From NCBI GenBank assembly GCA_963796055.1, contig CAWCKH010000004.1, forward strand, positions 2,112,001 to 2,176,000: a DNA stretch of 64,000 nucleotides. Reading direction: 5' to 3'. A model generated the notes under the pieces. That model did no database searches. It had not been told where the DNA came from and worked only from the letters and a program-made list of their open reading frames with translations. Positions 39,177 to 49,434 of this stretch are shown here, piece by piece. Source of the stretch: an uncultured delta proteobacterium (GTDB lineage: Bacteria; Myxococcota; Myxococcia; Myxococcales; Myxococcaceae). Each line of letters starts with the position of its first letter. Position 1 is the stretch's first letter. The position numbers were made by a program, and so were the translations under genes.

Positions 39177-41870
39177 ATGAGGGGTGGCGGCCTGTGGGTG
39201 CTTGGACTGTGCGTGGCCTGTGGGACGAACGTTCCGGGAGGCCGTACGCCGTCGGTCCGAGCTCCGTCGGTGCACGAAGCGTCGGCGACGGTCGAGGTTG
39301 CCTTCGACGGTCTACGGACCGGGTGGTACCGGGACCAGCCAGGCCTGGTCCCCGCGCGGGTATCTGCCCCCGACTTCGGACAGCTCTTCGATACGGCAAT
39401 CCAGGGCGAAGTCCACGCGCAGCCGCTGGTCGCCAATGGTCGGCTCTTGATCGTCACCGAGAAGAACAACGTCTACTCGCTCGACCCCACCAGCGGGGAC
39501 GTGCTCGCGCAGAAGACGCTCCACGCGCCCTGGAACCCCGCCGACCTCAATTGCATCCCCCTCGAGCCCACCGTCGGCATCATGGGCACCCCGGCGATCG
39601 ATCCGGCCACCAACACCGCCTACTTCTTCGCCAAGACCTACGCCTCGGGGACCTCGGGACCGGCAGCGTACTGGGCGCACGCGGTGGATCTCTCCACGCT
39701 GGCGGAACGGCCAGGATTCCCGGTGCGGATCCAGGGAAACGCGGACAACACACCGACGACCACCACGTTCGACGCGACGTACGAGTTGCAGCGGCCCGGG
39801 CTGCTGCTCCTCGACGGAGTCATCTACGCGGCCTTCGCCGGCATCTGCGACATCTCACCCTGGCAGGGCTGGGTGGTCGGGGTCACGACCGACGGCCGGA
39901 TCACCGCAATGTGGTCGGCCATGTCCTCCCCCCAGAGCGGCGCCGGTATCTGGCAGACGGGCGGGGCCCCGCTCACGGATGGAGCCGGCACCTTCATCGT
40001 GTCCACCGGAAACGGCGGCGTCCCCTCTCAGCCCACGCCCGGGAACCAGCCGCCGACGGCGCTGGGGGAGGCCTGGGTGCGTCTCACCGTGCAACCCGAC
40101 CAGAGGCTCGAGGCGACCGACTTCTTCATGCCCTACGACGCGGCGAAGCTGAACGACTGGGACGGCGATTTCGGCTCCGGGGGCCCGGTGGGTCTTCCCG
40201 ACTCCCTCGGCACCACCCAGTTTCCGCATCTCGGAATCGGGACCGGGAAGCAGGGCTATGTCTACCTGCTCGACCGCACCCACCTGGGTGGGTTCCGGCA
40301 GGGTGCCTCCGGAGCCGACGCGGTCGTTCAGCGTGTCGGGCCATACGGAGGGGTCTGGTCCAAGCCGGCGGTCTGGCCCGGTTCCGGCGGCTGGGTCTAC
40401 ATCCCGACTGCTTCGGGTGGAGGCACTGCCGGCGGCTCGACCGGTACGCTCGATGTCTATCGCACGGGAGTCGACGGCACCGGCAAGCCGAGCATTGCCC
40501 GGGTGGTGCAGGCAGACGGAGCGTTCGGGCTCGGCACGAGCGCACCGGTGGTCACCTCGGACGGCACCACCCCTGGGTCGGCTCTGGTCTGGCTCATCTG
40601 GTCCGCCAACAACACCGGATGGGGAGCCCAGCTCCGCGCGTACGATGCCGTCCCCACCGGGAGCACGTTCACCCTTCGCTTCAGCGCCGCGATCGGCCGC
40701 GCGACCCGGTACACCCCGCCCGGAGTGTCCGGGAATCGCATCTACGTCGCCACCGGTGACGGCCACGTCAAGGCGTTCGGATCGCCGGTGGATCCGGTCC
40801 TGACCTCTCCCCCGGTGGACTTCGGGGTGGTGGGGCTGGGAGCGAGTGCCAGTCAGCAAGTCGTCTTCACCGCCCAGCGCCCGGTCACGGTCGATGCGAT
40901 CCGGACCAGTGGAGACTTCGCCGTCCAGGGAACCTCCCCCGGTCTGCCGGTCTCGCTGGCGGCGGGCCAGACGGTCACGGTCACCGCGTCCTTCCACCCC
41001 TCGACGAGCGGACTCACGGGTGCCGCCCTGGTCGCCGACACGGACCAGGGGCCGTTCTCCACCAGCCTCTCCGGTACGGGCCAGAGCGCGACAGGCGATC
41101 TCCAGAGTGCGCCGCAATCTCTCAGCCTGGGAGGAATCGCCGTCGACCGGACCGTCAGCGGGGCCGTGAGGCTGACCAACGTCGGGGGCGCCCCGCTCAG
41201 CATCCGTTCCGTCACTCCTCCTTCGGCACCATTCTCCGCGACAGGTCTTCCGGGCGCAGGTCAGGTTCTGCAGCCTCAGGGCTCGGTGACGGTGACGCTC
41301 TCCTTCAGCCCCACGGAGATCGGTGCGTTCGACAGCGCGCTCCAGGTCCTCACCGACGTCACCGATGTGCCCCTGAGCGTTCCGATGTCGGGCACGGCCG
41401 GCGCGATCGGCAGGCTGGAGATTGACCAGACCGAGATTGACCTGGGCCAGGTCAAGGTGGGTGAGACGGCACGGGCCTCGTTCACCATCCGCAACACCGG
41501 CGGATCCCGGATCGCCGTCAACAAGTCGCAGCCGCCAGGCGGCGGAGTGGGATTCGCCGCGGCCATCCAGCTTCCGGAGGGCAGCACCATCGACCCGGGC
41601 GCGAGCCAGACGCTCGAGGTGACGTTCACCCCGACCAGGCCCGGGTCCGCCGAGGATCGGTGGATCCTCACCGCCGACGATGATCAGGGGCCTCAGGAGG
41701 TGCACTTCCGGGGTTCCGGCGTGGCCGCATCGAGCGGCGATGCCTCGGGGTGCAACACCCCTGGCACCTTCTGGCCCTGGGGTGTGCTCTGGCTCCTGCC
41801 CTGGCAGTGGACCCGCGGCCGAGCTGCCAGGGCAAAAAGGAGGCTGAAGCGGTGCGACCTGACTCCCTGA
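39177..41870 (+). CDS. Surface lipoprotein: PQQ-like beta-propeller + three choice-of-anchor D/ASH Ig-like domains + MYXO-CTERM-like tail
   Basis: Lipobox-like VAC; QRPGLLL, GIWQTG and DFGSGGP propeller motifs; repeated DFG/LTNVG/IRNTG..VTF.P Ig units; tail SGCNT-hydrophobic-basic. Confidence 0.75.
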   Translation: MRGGGLWVLGLCVACGTNVPGGRTPSVRAPSVHEASATVEVAFDGLRTGWYRDQPGLVPARVSAPDFGQLFDTAIQGEVHAQPLVANGRLLIVTEKNNVYSLDPTSGDVLAQKTLHAPWNPADLNCIPLEPTVGIMGTPAIDPATNTAYFFAKTYASGTSGPAAYWAHAVDLSTLAERPGFPVRIQGNADNTPTTTTFDATYELQRPGLLLLDGVIYAAFAGICDISPWQGWVVGVTTDGRITAMWSAMSSPQSGAGIWQTGGAPLTDGAGTFIVSTGNGGVPSQPTPGNQPPTALGEAWVRLTVQPDQRLEATDFFMPYDAAKLNDWDGDFGSGGPVGLPDSLGTTQFPHLGIGTGKQGYVYLLDRTHLGGFRQGASGADAVVQRVGPYGGVWSKPAVWPGSGGWVYIPTASGGGTAGGSTGTLDVYRTGVDGTGKPSIARVVQADGAFGLGTSAPVVTSDGTTPGSALVWLIWSANNTGWGAQLRAYDAVPTGSTFTLRFSAAIGRATRYTPPGVSGNRIYVATGDGHVKAFGSPVDPVLTSPPVDFGVVGLGASASQQVVFTAQRPVTVDAIRTSGDFAVQGTSPGLPVSLAAGQTVTVTASFHPSTSGLTGAALVADTDQGPFSTSLSGTGQSATGDLQSAPQSLSLGGIAVDRTVSGAVRLTNVGGAPLSIRSVTPPSAPFSATGLPGAGQVLQPQGSVTVTLSFSPTEIGAFDSALQVLTDVTDVPLSVPMSGTAGAIGRLEIDQTEIDLGQVKVGETARASFTIRNTGGSRIAVNKSQPPGGGVGFAAAIQLPEGSTIDPGASQTLEVTFTPTRPGSAEDRWILTADDDQGPQEVHFRGSGVAASSGDASGCNTPGTFWPWGVLWLLPWQWTRGRAARAKRRLKRCDLTP

Positions 41871-42685
41871 GCTTTCGATTGCTCGAGTGGTACGGCACCC
41901 ATCTGAAGCATCCCGGTCAGTGGCGCGTTCACGCCGGATTGCGCTCGCTCCTTGGCCCGCCGGCAGACGTCGACATCCCGGTGAAGCGGCAGGGAAAGGA
42001 GTGGGTGCTGAATCCGGCCGACTTCCCGCAGGTCGACCTGTTCTGGCTCGGCGAGTCGGACCGCTGGGACCTCCATCACGCCCGGAAACGGCTCCGGCCC
42101 GGGGCAGTCATCTTCGATGTCGGAGCCAACTTCGGCTACTACTCGGTGATGCTGGCCGCGGGCCTGCAGGGCGCTTGCGAGGTCCACTCGTTCGAGCCTT
42201 CGCCCGAGGCGTTTGCTCGATTGTGTCGCCACATCGCGCTGAATCGGCTGGAGTCCATTCACCCGCACCGGATCGGTCTTTCCGATTCCCCTGGTCTCGG
42301 GGCGCTCCGGCCGCGCGAGGGCAACTCGGGTGCCGCCTTTCTGGTGCCTGGTGGAGAGATCGAGATCTCCACGCTCGATCGGTTCGTCGAGGAACGGGGG
42401 TTGAAGCGCCTGGACTTCGTCAAGATCGACGTCGAGGGCCTCGAGGAACGGGTCCTTCGGGGAGGAATGAACGCGCTGGAGCGCTTCCGACCGATGATCT
42501 TGATCGAGATCCAGCCATTCACCATGGAGCGGGCCGGCTCTTCGGTGGCAGCGGTGGTGGCGCTCCTCACCAGCCTCGGCTACACGCTGATGCAGGCGAG
42601 GCGGCGTACACTCGTTCCGCTCCAGCATCGAGATGAGCCGGGATGGCTGGTCAACGCATTTTGTCTGCCACCCGGAGTGGTCTGA
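41852..42685 (+). CDS. FkbM family methyltransferase
   Basis: AGGAGG RBS; FDVGANFGYYS, FEPSP, TLD and FVKIDVEG. Confidence 0.9.
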   Translation: MRPDSLSFRLLEWYGTHLKHPGQWRVHAGLRSLLGPPADVDIPVKRQGKEWVLNPADFPQVDLFWLGESDRWDLHHARKRLRPGAVIFDVGANFGYYSVMLAAGLQGACEVHSFEPSPEAFARLCRHIALNRLESIHPHRIGLSDSPGLGALRPREGNSGAAFLVPGGEIEISTLDRFVEERGLKRLDFVKIDVEGLEERVLRGGMNALERFRPMILIEIQPFTMERAGSSVAAVVALLTSLGYTLMQARRRTLVPLQHRDEPGWLVNAFCLPPGVV

Positions 42686-42746
42686 GCGGAACAGCCAGCC
42701 GGCACCCCCACGGCGGCGAGTTCATGGTCTTCCACCCGCGCCCCCG

Positions 42747-43060
42747 TCAGTGGGCGCGCCTTCCCCTTCGCCGGGCGCGTCGCTCGAGAGTGCCACGCGG
42801 CTCGCCGGTCAACGCCGCCAGGATGGCCGGGTACACGCGCGGGCTGCGCGGAAGGCGGAGGTGGCCCACTCCACCGACGACGGTGATGTGCTCGGGAGTG
42901 AAGACCGGGGCGCTGCGGGACTCCGAGGTGGATCGTGTGCCGGACGAGGGGCACCCACGAAGCCGAACGCGCGATTCCCTGCTGGAGCGCGCTGCGGACC
43001 ACCAGCCCACCCATGCTGTAGCCAATGAGGGCGATCTCGCTCGGGGGCAGGGCCAGGCGC
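42747..43060 (-). pseudogene. Remnant of a PGAP1-like alpha/beta hydrolase
   Basis: One frame gives IALIGYSMGGLVVRSAL...VRHTIHLGVP; another gives EHITVVGGVGHLRLPRSPRVYPAILAAL. No start, and the middle of the domain is missing. Confidence 0.6.
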
Positions 43061-43118
43061 GGACGAGCTGCTCGAGCGGGAGCGTGCCACACGCCGACTG
43101 CCCGCCGCGACCGGCCGT

Positions 43119-44141
43119 TCAGAGCTTCCAGAAGGGTCGGAGCGCCTCGCGGCTGGCCGCGATGGCGTTCATCGCCTCCCGGCTCGCGCCGCGCGGGAAG
43201 TCGTCGCGCCGCCCGGCCATCACCTCCAGACAGGCGTGCACGCTCCGGGGAAGCCCCAGCAGCGAGTACCCGCCCTCGAGCAGGAGCACCAGCCGCCCGC
43301 CGGCCACCTCGTCGGCCAGCGACTTCATCGCGCTGCACATCGCGGAGAAGCCCCGCTCGGTGGCGAGCATCCCCCCCAGCGGGTCGTCCTCGTGCGCGTC
43401 GAAGCCCGCGGAGACGATGACCAGGTCCGGCCGGAAGGCGTAGGCGATGGGGAGGAAGACGTCGTGGAAGGCGGCGCCCAGGTCGGCGTCGGTCCGGCCG
43501 GCGGGGAACGGCACGTTGACCGTGTAGCCGGCGCCGGCCCGTTCCCCCGTCTCGTGCGAGGCGCCGGTGCCCGGATAGAAGGGGTACTGGTGCACCGACT
43601 GGTAGAGCACGTCCCCGCGCTCCCAGAAGGCCGCCTGGGTCCCGTTCCCGTGGTGCACGTCCCAATCGAGGATGAGAACCCGGGCCGCCCCGAGCGCCCT
43701 CGCCGCCTCGGCCGCGATCGCCGCGTTGTTGAGGAAGCAGAAGCCCATCATCCGGTTGGGCTCGGCGTGGTGACCCGGCGGACGGACCAGGGCGAACGCC
43801 GTCCGGTGGGTACCGCCGAGCACCGCCTCCACCGCCTCGATGGCCGCCCCTGCCGCCGCCAGCGCCGCGTCGTGGGTGGCGGGCGAGGCGAAGGTGTCCA
43901 CGTCGATCGCCACGTGGGTGCCCCTGAGCCCGCCGAACTCCTCCAGCAGCTCGGGCTCGTGCACCCGGGCCACCTCTTCCGGCCGGGCCAGCCGTGGGGC
44001 GCGGAACTCGAGCGTGGGCAGCCGGTACTGCTCGAGGTACTCCAGCGTCCGGGACAGGCGGAGCGGTGACTCCGGGTGCCCGCGCCCGGGCTGGTGCTCG
44101 AGGAACAGGGGATGGGTGAAGACCAGGACGGGTGTGGACAC
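43119..44141 (-). CDS. Histone deacetylase-family (Zn-dependent) deacetylase
   Basis: HPESPLRL, RPPGHHA, GFCFLNN, DWDVHHGNGTQ, SAGFDAH and LEGGY. Confidence 0.93.
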   Translation of the reverse strand: MSTPVLVFTHPLFLEHQPGRGHPESPLRLSRTLEYLEQYRLPTLEFRAPRLARPEEVARVHEPELLEEFGGLRGTHVAIDVDTFASPATHDAALAAAGAAIEAVEAVLGGTHRTAFALVRPPGHHAEPNRMMGFCFLNNAAIAAEAARALGAARVLILDWDVHHGNGTQAAFWERGDVLYQSVHQYPFYPGTGASHETGERAGAGYTVNVPFPAGRTDADLGAAFHDVFLPIAYAFRPDLVIVSAGFDAHEDDPLGGMLATERGFSAMCSAMKSLADEVAGGRLVLLLEGGYSLLGLPRSVHACLEVMAGRRDDFPRGASREAMNAIAASREALRPFWKL

Positions 44142-44244
44142 GGGTAGGCGGCGGGAAATGTAGCGCACCCGCGGCGCGCGGGCCGACCCGCCAAACGAGC
44201 CGCACGCCGGGCCGGTCCGGGAGAGTACAGTCCAGGGTCAATCC

Positions 44245-45978
44245 GTGGTGCGGTGGCTCCGACAACTCGGGCTGCGCAACGCGCTGTTCGGCGTCTCCAG
44301 CTTGTCGCTCCTGGCCGTGCTGGCGGCCATCTGGTTGTACGTCTCGCACGACAGGAGCCTGCTCGCCGCCATCCACCGGGGCGACGAGGCGGGGGTGCTG
44401 GACCAGCTCCGCCGGACCCTGTGGCTGGCGATGCTGGTGGGGTCGCTGGCCTTCGCCTCGCTGCTCTGGGTGCTGAGCCGGGTGGTGCTCACCCGTCCCC
44501 TGGAGGAGATCCTCGTCGCCGCGCGCCGGATGGGCGAGGCGGACCTGACCCAGACCGTCACCCTCGGTGGGGCGGACGAGCTCGCGGTGCTGGCCGGGGC
44601 CCTGAACCGGATCGGGCAGGGCCTCCGCGATACGCTCGCCCGGGTGCGCAGCGTCAGCGAGGCGGTGGGATCGGTCATCGACCAGCTGTCGCGCTCCGGG
44701 GTGCAGGTCAGCACCGGGGCGGCCACCATCCAGTCACAGCTCACCGAGACCAGCCGCTCGATGGCCGAGGCGGTGGGCACCCACCAGGAGGTCGCCGCTC
44801 ACGTCGAGGCGCTGCAGCGGACCGCGGAGGAGAGTGCGACCCGGATCGCGGAGATCGCCCGGCGCAACGAGGAGGTCGCCGAGGGCGTGGAGCAGATGGC
44901 GGCCAGCGTCCAGGAGACCACCACCGCCATCGACGAGATGACCCGGAGCATCCTCGACGTCGCCCGGGCCATCGAGGAGCTCGGCGGCTCGACGGAGGAG
45001 ACGTCCTTCAGCATCAAGCAGATGGACGTGAGCATCGGCCAGGTGGAGACCAACGCCAACGAGACGGCCCGGCTGTCCGATCAGGTCTCGGCGGAGGCGG
45101 CCAGCGGCGTGCAGTCGCTGCAGAAGACCCTGGCCGGCATCGACCGCATCCGCGAGTCCAGCGAGCTCGCCGCCCGGGTCATCGAGGGCCTTGGCCGCCG
45201 GGTGGGCGAGGTGGTGGCCATCCTCGACGTCATCGACGAGGTCGCCGAGCAGACCAACCTCCTGGCGCTCAACGCGGCGATCATCGCCGCCCAGGCCGGT
45301 GAGCAGGGGAAGGGCTTCGCGGTGGTGGCCGACGAGATCAAGGAGCTGGCCGAGCGAACTGGCGCCTCGACCAAGGAGATCTCCGAGCTCATCGCCCGGG
45401 TCCAGGAGGAGAGCCGGAACGCGGTGGAGGCGGTGGAGCAGGGCGTTCGCCACGTGCAGGAGGGCGTGGAGCTGGGCCGCGAGGCCGAGACCGCGCTGAA
45501 GCGCATCAGCGGCACCGCCAACCGGAGCACGGTGATGGTGAAGGCCATCGCCCGGGCCACCGTGGAGCAGGCGCGCGGGAGCAGGACCGTCACCGCCGCC
45601 GTCCAGCGCATCGCCGATACCGTCCAGTCGGTCACCCAGTCCGCGCAGGCCCAGGCCCGGGGCACGGCGCGCATCACCCAGTCCGCGCAGCACATGCAAA
45701 CCGTCACCGCCGACGTGCAGCGGCGCAGCCAGGAGCAGGCGGCGGGAAGTCGGCTCATCACCCGCGGGCTGGAGGCGATGCGGGAGCGAGTTCTGATGCT
45801 GGAGCGGGCCCAGCGCGAGCAGACCCGCGGCTCCGCGGTGGTGCTCAAGACCATGGAGGCCATCCGCGGGGTCAGCGAGGAGCAGGCGCGGACGGTGCGT
45901 CAGCTGGAGGAGGCCATCGCTCGGCTCCAGGAGGAGGCCGAGGTGCTGCGCGGCGAGGTGCGACGCTTCCGTCTATGA
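44245..45978 (+). CDS. Methyl-accepting chemotaxis protein
   Basis: Two TM segments with a very short loop, a HAMP domain ([11 protein letters not shown]) and signalling tip [36 protein letters not shown]. Confidence 0.93.
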   Translation: MVRWLRQLGLRNALFGVSSLSLLAVLAAIWLYVSHDRSLLAAIHRGDEAGVLDQLRRTLWLAMLVGSLAFASLLWVLSRVVLTRPLEEILVAARRMGEADLTQTVTLGGADELAVLAGALNRIGQGLRDTLARVRSVSEAVGSVIDQLSRSGVQVSTGAATIQSQLTETSRSMAEAVGTHQEVAAHVEALQRTAEESATRIAEIARRNEEVAEGVEQMAASVQETTTAIDEMTRSILDVARAIEELGGSTEETSFSIKQMDVSIGQVETNANETARLSDQVSAEAASGVQSLQKTLAGIDRIRESSELAARVIEGLGRRVGEVVAILDVIDEVAEQTNLLALNAAIIAAQAGEQGKGFAVVADEIKELAERTGASTKEISELIARVQEESRNAVEAVEQGVRHVQEGVELGREAETALKRISGTANRSTVMVKAIARATVEQARGSRTVTAAVQRIADTVQSVTQSAQAQARGTARITQSAQHMQTVTADVQRRSQEQAAGSRLITRGLEAMRERVLMLERAQREQTRGSAVVLKTMEAIRGVSEEQARTVRQLEEAIARLQEEAEVLRGEVRRFRL

Positions 45979-47252
45979 ATGCGGGCGCCATGCCTCCGCG
46001 CCGCGCGCCTTCCGAGCGATGGATGGTGTTCCTGATCGGCGCCGTCCAGTTCATCAACATCTGGGACTTCGTGATGGTGATGCCGCTCGGGCCGGACTTT
46101 GCCCGGGCGCTGGGCATTCCCCTCTCCCGGCTGGGGCTCGTCGGCGGTGCCTACACCGCCGCCGCGGCACTGGCCGGGGTGCTCGGCTCCACCTTCCTCG
46201 ACCGGTTCGACCGCCGGCCCGCCCTGGCGGTGGCGATGACCGGACTGGTGCTGGGGACGCTCGCCGGGGGCCTGGCCTGGAACTTCGAGTCGCTGCTCGC
46301 GGCGCGCTTCCTCGCCGGGGCGTTCGGTGGACCGGCGACCTCGCTGTCGCTCTCGATCATCGCCGACACCGTGCCGCCCGAGCGCCGGGGCAAGGCGATG
46401 GGCGCGGTGATGGGTGCGTTCTCGGTGGCCTCGGTGGTGGGCGTCCCGCTCAGCCTCCAGCTCTCGGTCTGGGGCGGATGGCGGCTCCCCTTCCTGGTGG
46501 TGGGCGGGCTGGGGCTCGGCGTCACCCTGGCGGTCGCGGCGTCGCTCCCCAGCCTCCGGGCGCACCTCACCCGGCGGGCGCAGGGCCTGGCCCCGGACAA
46601 GCCCCTCTTCCGCCCGCTGGTCCTCACCTCGTACGCGATGACCGCGGTCACCATGGCCAGTGGCTTCCTGGTCATCCCCAACATCTCGGCCTACGTGCAG
46701 ACCAACCTCGGGCTGCCGCGAAATCTCTTGCAGTGGGTCTACTTCATCGGCGGGCTGGTCAGCTTCGTCACCCTGCGGCTGGTGGGCCGGCTGGTGGACC
46801 GTTTCGGAAGCTTCCGGGTGGGGACGGTGGCGGTGCTGATCCTGGCGGTCGCCTTCGACCTGATGTTCGTCCACGTGCCGCGGGCCACTCCGGTCACGGG
46901 ACTCGCCATCCTCCTCTTCTTCGCGCTCTCGGCGCGAAACGTGAGCTACAACACGCTCGCCTCGAAGGTGCCGGAGCCGGCGGAGCGGGCGCGGTTCATG
47001 TCGTTGCAGTCCGCGGTCCAGCACGTCGCCAGCGCGCTGGGGGCGAGCCTCTCGTCGCAGGTGCTGTTCGTGCAATCGGACGGCAAGCTGGGCAACGTCC
47101 CGATGCTCGGCCGGATGGCCATCGCGCTCACCTTGCTGCTGCCGGTGTTGCTCTTCCGGGTGGAGCGCGAGGTACGACGGCGTGTGCCCCCTCCCACGCT
47201 CCTCCCTGCCGGGGCACCGGGGGGAATGGCAACCGCCTCCAAGAAGGTTTAA
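45975..47252 (+). CDS. MFS transporter
   Basis: [16 protein letters not shown] and ERRGKAMG; about 12 TM segments. ATGA overlap with the MCP gene. Confidence 0.9.
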   Translation: MNAGAMPPRRAPSERWMVFLIGAVQFINIWDFVMVMPLGPDFARALGIPLSRLGLVGGAYTAAAALAGVLGSTFLDRFDRRPALAVAMTGLVLGTLAGGLAWNFESLLAARFLAGAFGGPATSLSLSIIADTVPPERRGKAMGAVMGAFSVASVVGVPLSLQLSVWGGWRLPFLVVGGLGLGVTLAVAASLPSLRAHLTRRAQGLAPDKPLFRPLVLTSYAMTAVTMASGFLVIPNISAYVQTNLGLPRNLLQWVYFIGGLVSFVTLRLVGRLVDRFGSFRVGTVAVLILAVAFDLMFVHVPRATPVTGLAILLFFALSARNVSYNTLASKVPEPAERARFMSLQSAVQHVASALGASLSSQVLFVQSDGKLGNVPMLGRMAIALTLLLPVLLFRVEREVRRRVPPPTLLPAGAPGGMATASKKV

Positions 47253-47265
47253 GAGCGGGCAAGCG

Positions 47266-47724
47266 ATGTTCAACCTCGGCGCCGGCGAGATCGCGGTCAT
47301 CATGATCGTCGCCCTGCTGCTGCTCGGCCCGGACAAGCTCCCGGAGCTGGCGCGCGGGATCGGCAAGTTCGTGCGTGAGTTCCGGCGCCAGACCGACGAC
47401 GTCCGCGGCCTGGTCGAGCGCGAGTTCTACAAGATGGACCAGGAGGTCTTCGCCGAGGAGCAGGCGCAGGCCAAGCGCATCGAGCCGCCGGTGCCCGCAG
47501 AGGCCGTTCCGGCGCCCACGGTGGGCGCGGACGGCGAGCTCACCCCGCCGACTTACCCGTCGGTCTTCCCGCCCCCGGAGGGCGTCGTGGCCGCACACCC
47601 GGCCTCCGCGGCCCCGCTGGGGCTCGAGCCTGCTGCGCCCGCGGCATCCGAGCCGGCCGCCGCCCCCGCATCCGAGCCGCTCGCCTCGGCGCGCCCGGAG
47701 GGCGACCCCGCGCCGCATGGCTGA
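47266..47724 (+). CDS. tatB: Twin-arginine translocase subunit TatB
   Basis: MFNLGAGEIAVIMIVALLLLGPDKLPELAR followed by an amphipathic helix and Pro-rich tail; directly upstream of tatC. Confidence 0.88.
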   Translation: MFNLGAGEIAVIMIVALLLLGPDKLPELARGIGKFVREFRRQTDDVRGLVEREFYKMDQEVFAEEQAQAKRIEPPVPAEAVPAPTVGADGELTPPTYPSVFPPPEGVVAAHPASAAPLGLEPAAPAASEPAAAPASEPLASARPEGDPAPHG

Positions 47725-48949
47725 GGAGGAGCCACTCCAGGCACGGATGAGCCTGGCCGAGCACCTGGGCGAGCTGCGGAAGCGGCTGCTCCGGGTGGTC
47801 ATCGCGGTGCTGGTGCTGGGCGCGGCGGGCCTGGTGTTCGCCCGGCCCATCTTCGGCTTCCTCATGAAGCCGGTGCTCGACGCCCTCCCGCCGGCGGACC
47901 GGAGCCTCATCTACACCTCGGGCATCGAGGAGCTGAACGTGCTGATGAAGGTCGGCCTGTACGCCGGCATCTTCCTCGCGACGCCAGTTCTATTGACCCA
48001 GATCTGGGGCTTCGTGGCTCCGGGGCTGTACCCGCGGGAGCGGAAGTATGCCTTCCCCTTCGTGCTCCTGGGCACGGTGGCGTTTCTGATCGGCGCGACC
48101 TTCTGCTACCTGGTGGTGCTCCCCACGATGTTCAACTTCCTGCTCTCCAGCGGGGAAACCGGGCCGATCAAGGCACGGGTGGAGCGGGCCCGTGCGGTGG
48201 AGGTGGAGGCGCTCCGGTTCGCGCGCTCGGGTGACTTCGACCGCGCCGCCAACCTGGCGGACAACGAGGTCCAGCGCCTCAAGTCGCTCGGCACCGGCCG
48301 GGTCTCTGCGCCCGACCGCTTCGCCGACGGAGTGGTCGAGCTCCAGGCCCGGCTGGACGCCGAGGGCCGGCTGGTGGACGCCACCCGCGATGGGCTGGGG
48401 CTCGGGGCTGCCCCGGCGCTCCGACAGTCGCTGGAGAAGCGGATGGAGGCGGTGGATGCCTTCCAGTCCGGCGCGCTGGGGAAGTCCTCGGAGGCCCTCG
48501 AGCAGTCGGCCTCGCTGCTCGCCGGGGCCGCCGGCAGCCAGGGCTCCCAGGTGTCCCGGCTGTGGAAGATGCAGAAGACGCTCGCCGCCGGTCAGAGCTC
48601 GCTGGCGGCCGAGGCCTGGACCCGCCCCCTTCTGACGATGAGCGAGCAGCTGTCGCTGGTGCTGATGCTCCTGCTGGCCCTGGGGGTGGTGTTCGAGCTG
48701 CCGCTGGTGATGGCGCTCCTGGCCGCGCTGGGGCTGGTGAAGGCGAAGTTCCTGATGAAGTACCAGCGGCACGCGTTCGTGGTGTGCCTCATCCTGGCCG
48801 CGGTCATCACCCCCACCGGCGACCCGATCAACATGGGCATCCTCGCCGGGCCGATGCTGCTCTGCTACGAGGTGGGAGTGCTGGCCGCCTGGCTCATCGA
48901 GCGGCGGCGGGCGCGGAGCAGCTCCGAGACCGCGCTCACCCCGACCTGA
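47717..48949 (+). CDS. tatC: Twin-arginine translocase subunit TatC with large periplasmic insertion
   Basis: MSLAEHLGELRKRL, QIWGFVAPGLY, FELP and AAVITPTGDP. Confidence 0.92.
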   Translation: MAEEEPLQARMSLAEHLGELRKRLLRVVIAVLVLGAAGLVFARPIFGFLMKPVLDALPPADRSLIYTSGIEELNVLMKVGLYAGIFLATPVLLTQIWGFVAPGLYPRERKYAFPFVLLGTVAFLIGATFCYLVVLPTMFNFLLSSGETGPIKARVERARAVEVEALRFARSGDFDRAANLADNEVQRLKSLGTGRVSAPDRFADGVVELQARLDAEGRLVDATRDGLGLGAAPALRQSLEKRMEAVDAFQSGALGKSSEALEQSASLLAGAAGSQGSQVSRLWKMQKTLAAGQSSLAAEAWTRPLLTMSEQLSLVLMLLLALGVVFELPLVMALLAALGLVKAKFLMKYQRHAFVVCLILAAVITPTGDPINMGILAGPMLLCYEVGVLAAWLIERRRARSSSETALTPT

Positions 48950-48958
48950 AGCCCCGGG

Positions 48959-49378
48959 CTACTCGGCGAACAGCTTGACCTCGATGTTGCCCCGGGTGGC
49001 CCTGCTGTAGGGGCAGACCTGGTGCGCGGCCTCCATCAGGGCCCGTGCCTCCTGGTGCGACACCCCATCGAGGTGGCCGTGCAGCTCGACGGCCAGCCCG
49101 AATCCACCGTCGTCGACCTTGCCGATGGTCACCCGGGCGGTGATGGTGGCGTCCCTCAGCGGCTTCCTCTGCGCCCGGGCGACGAATCGGAGCGCGCTCT
49201 CGAAGCACGCGGCGTAGCCCGAGGCGAAGAGCTGCTCGGGATTGGTGCCGGGCCCGCCCTTGCCTCCCAGTGAGGTGGGCATGGCCAGCACATGCGAGAC
49301 CTGGCCGTCGTCGGTCTGGACCTTGCCCTCGCGCCCCCCGTGGGCGGTGGCGGTGGCGGTGTACAGAGGCTGGAACAT
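48959..49378 (-). CDS. ohr: Organic hydroperoxide resistance protein (Ohr/OsmC family)
   Basis: GGREG, TNPEQLFASGYAACF and AHQVCPYSRATRGN. Confidence 0.95.
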   Translation of the reverse strand: MFQPLYTATATAHGGREGKVQTDDGQVSHVLAMPTSLGGKGGPGTNPEQLFASGYAACFESALRFVARAQRKPLRDATITARVTIGKVDDGGFGLAVELHGHLDGVSHQEARALMEAAHQVCPYSRATRGNIEVKLFAE

Positions 49379-49434
49379 GTGCGGCCGACTAATGGCGCGC
49401 CCGACCGCTGTCGAGGCGATCGCCCTGCAGAGCG

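Noticed and set aside
43119..44141. HDAC and acyl-CoA synthetase (20864-22489) as a linked acetylation circuit
   Set aside because: The genes are 20 kb apart and both families are common; nothing in the sequence links them.
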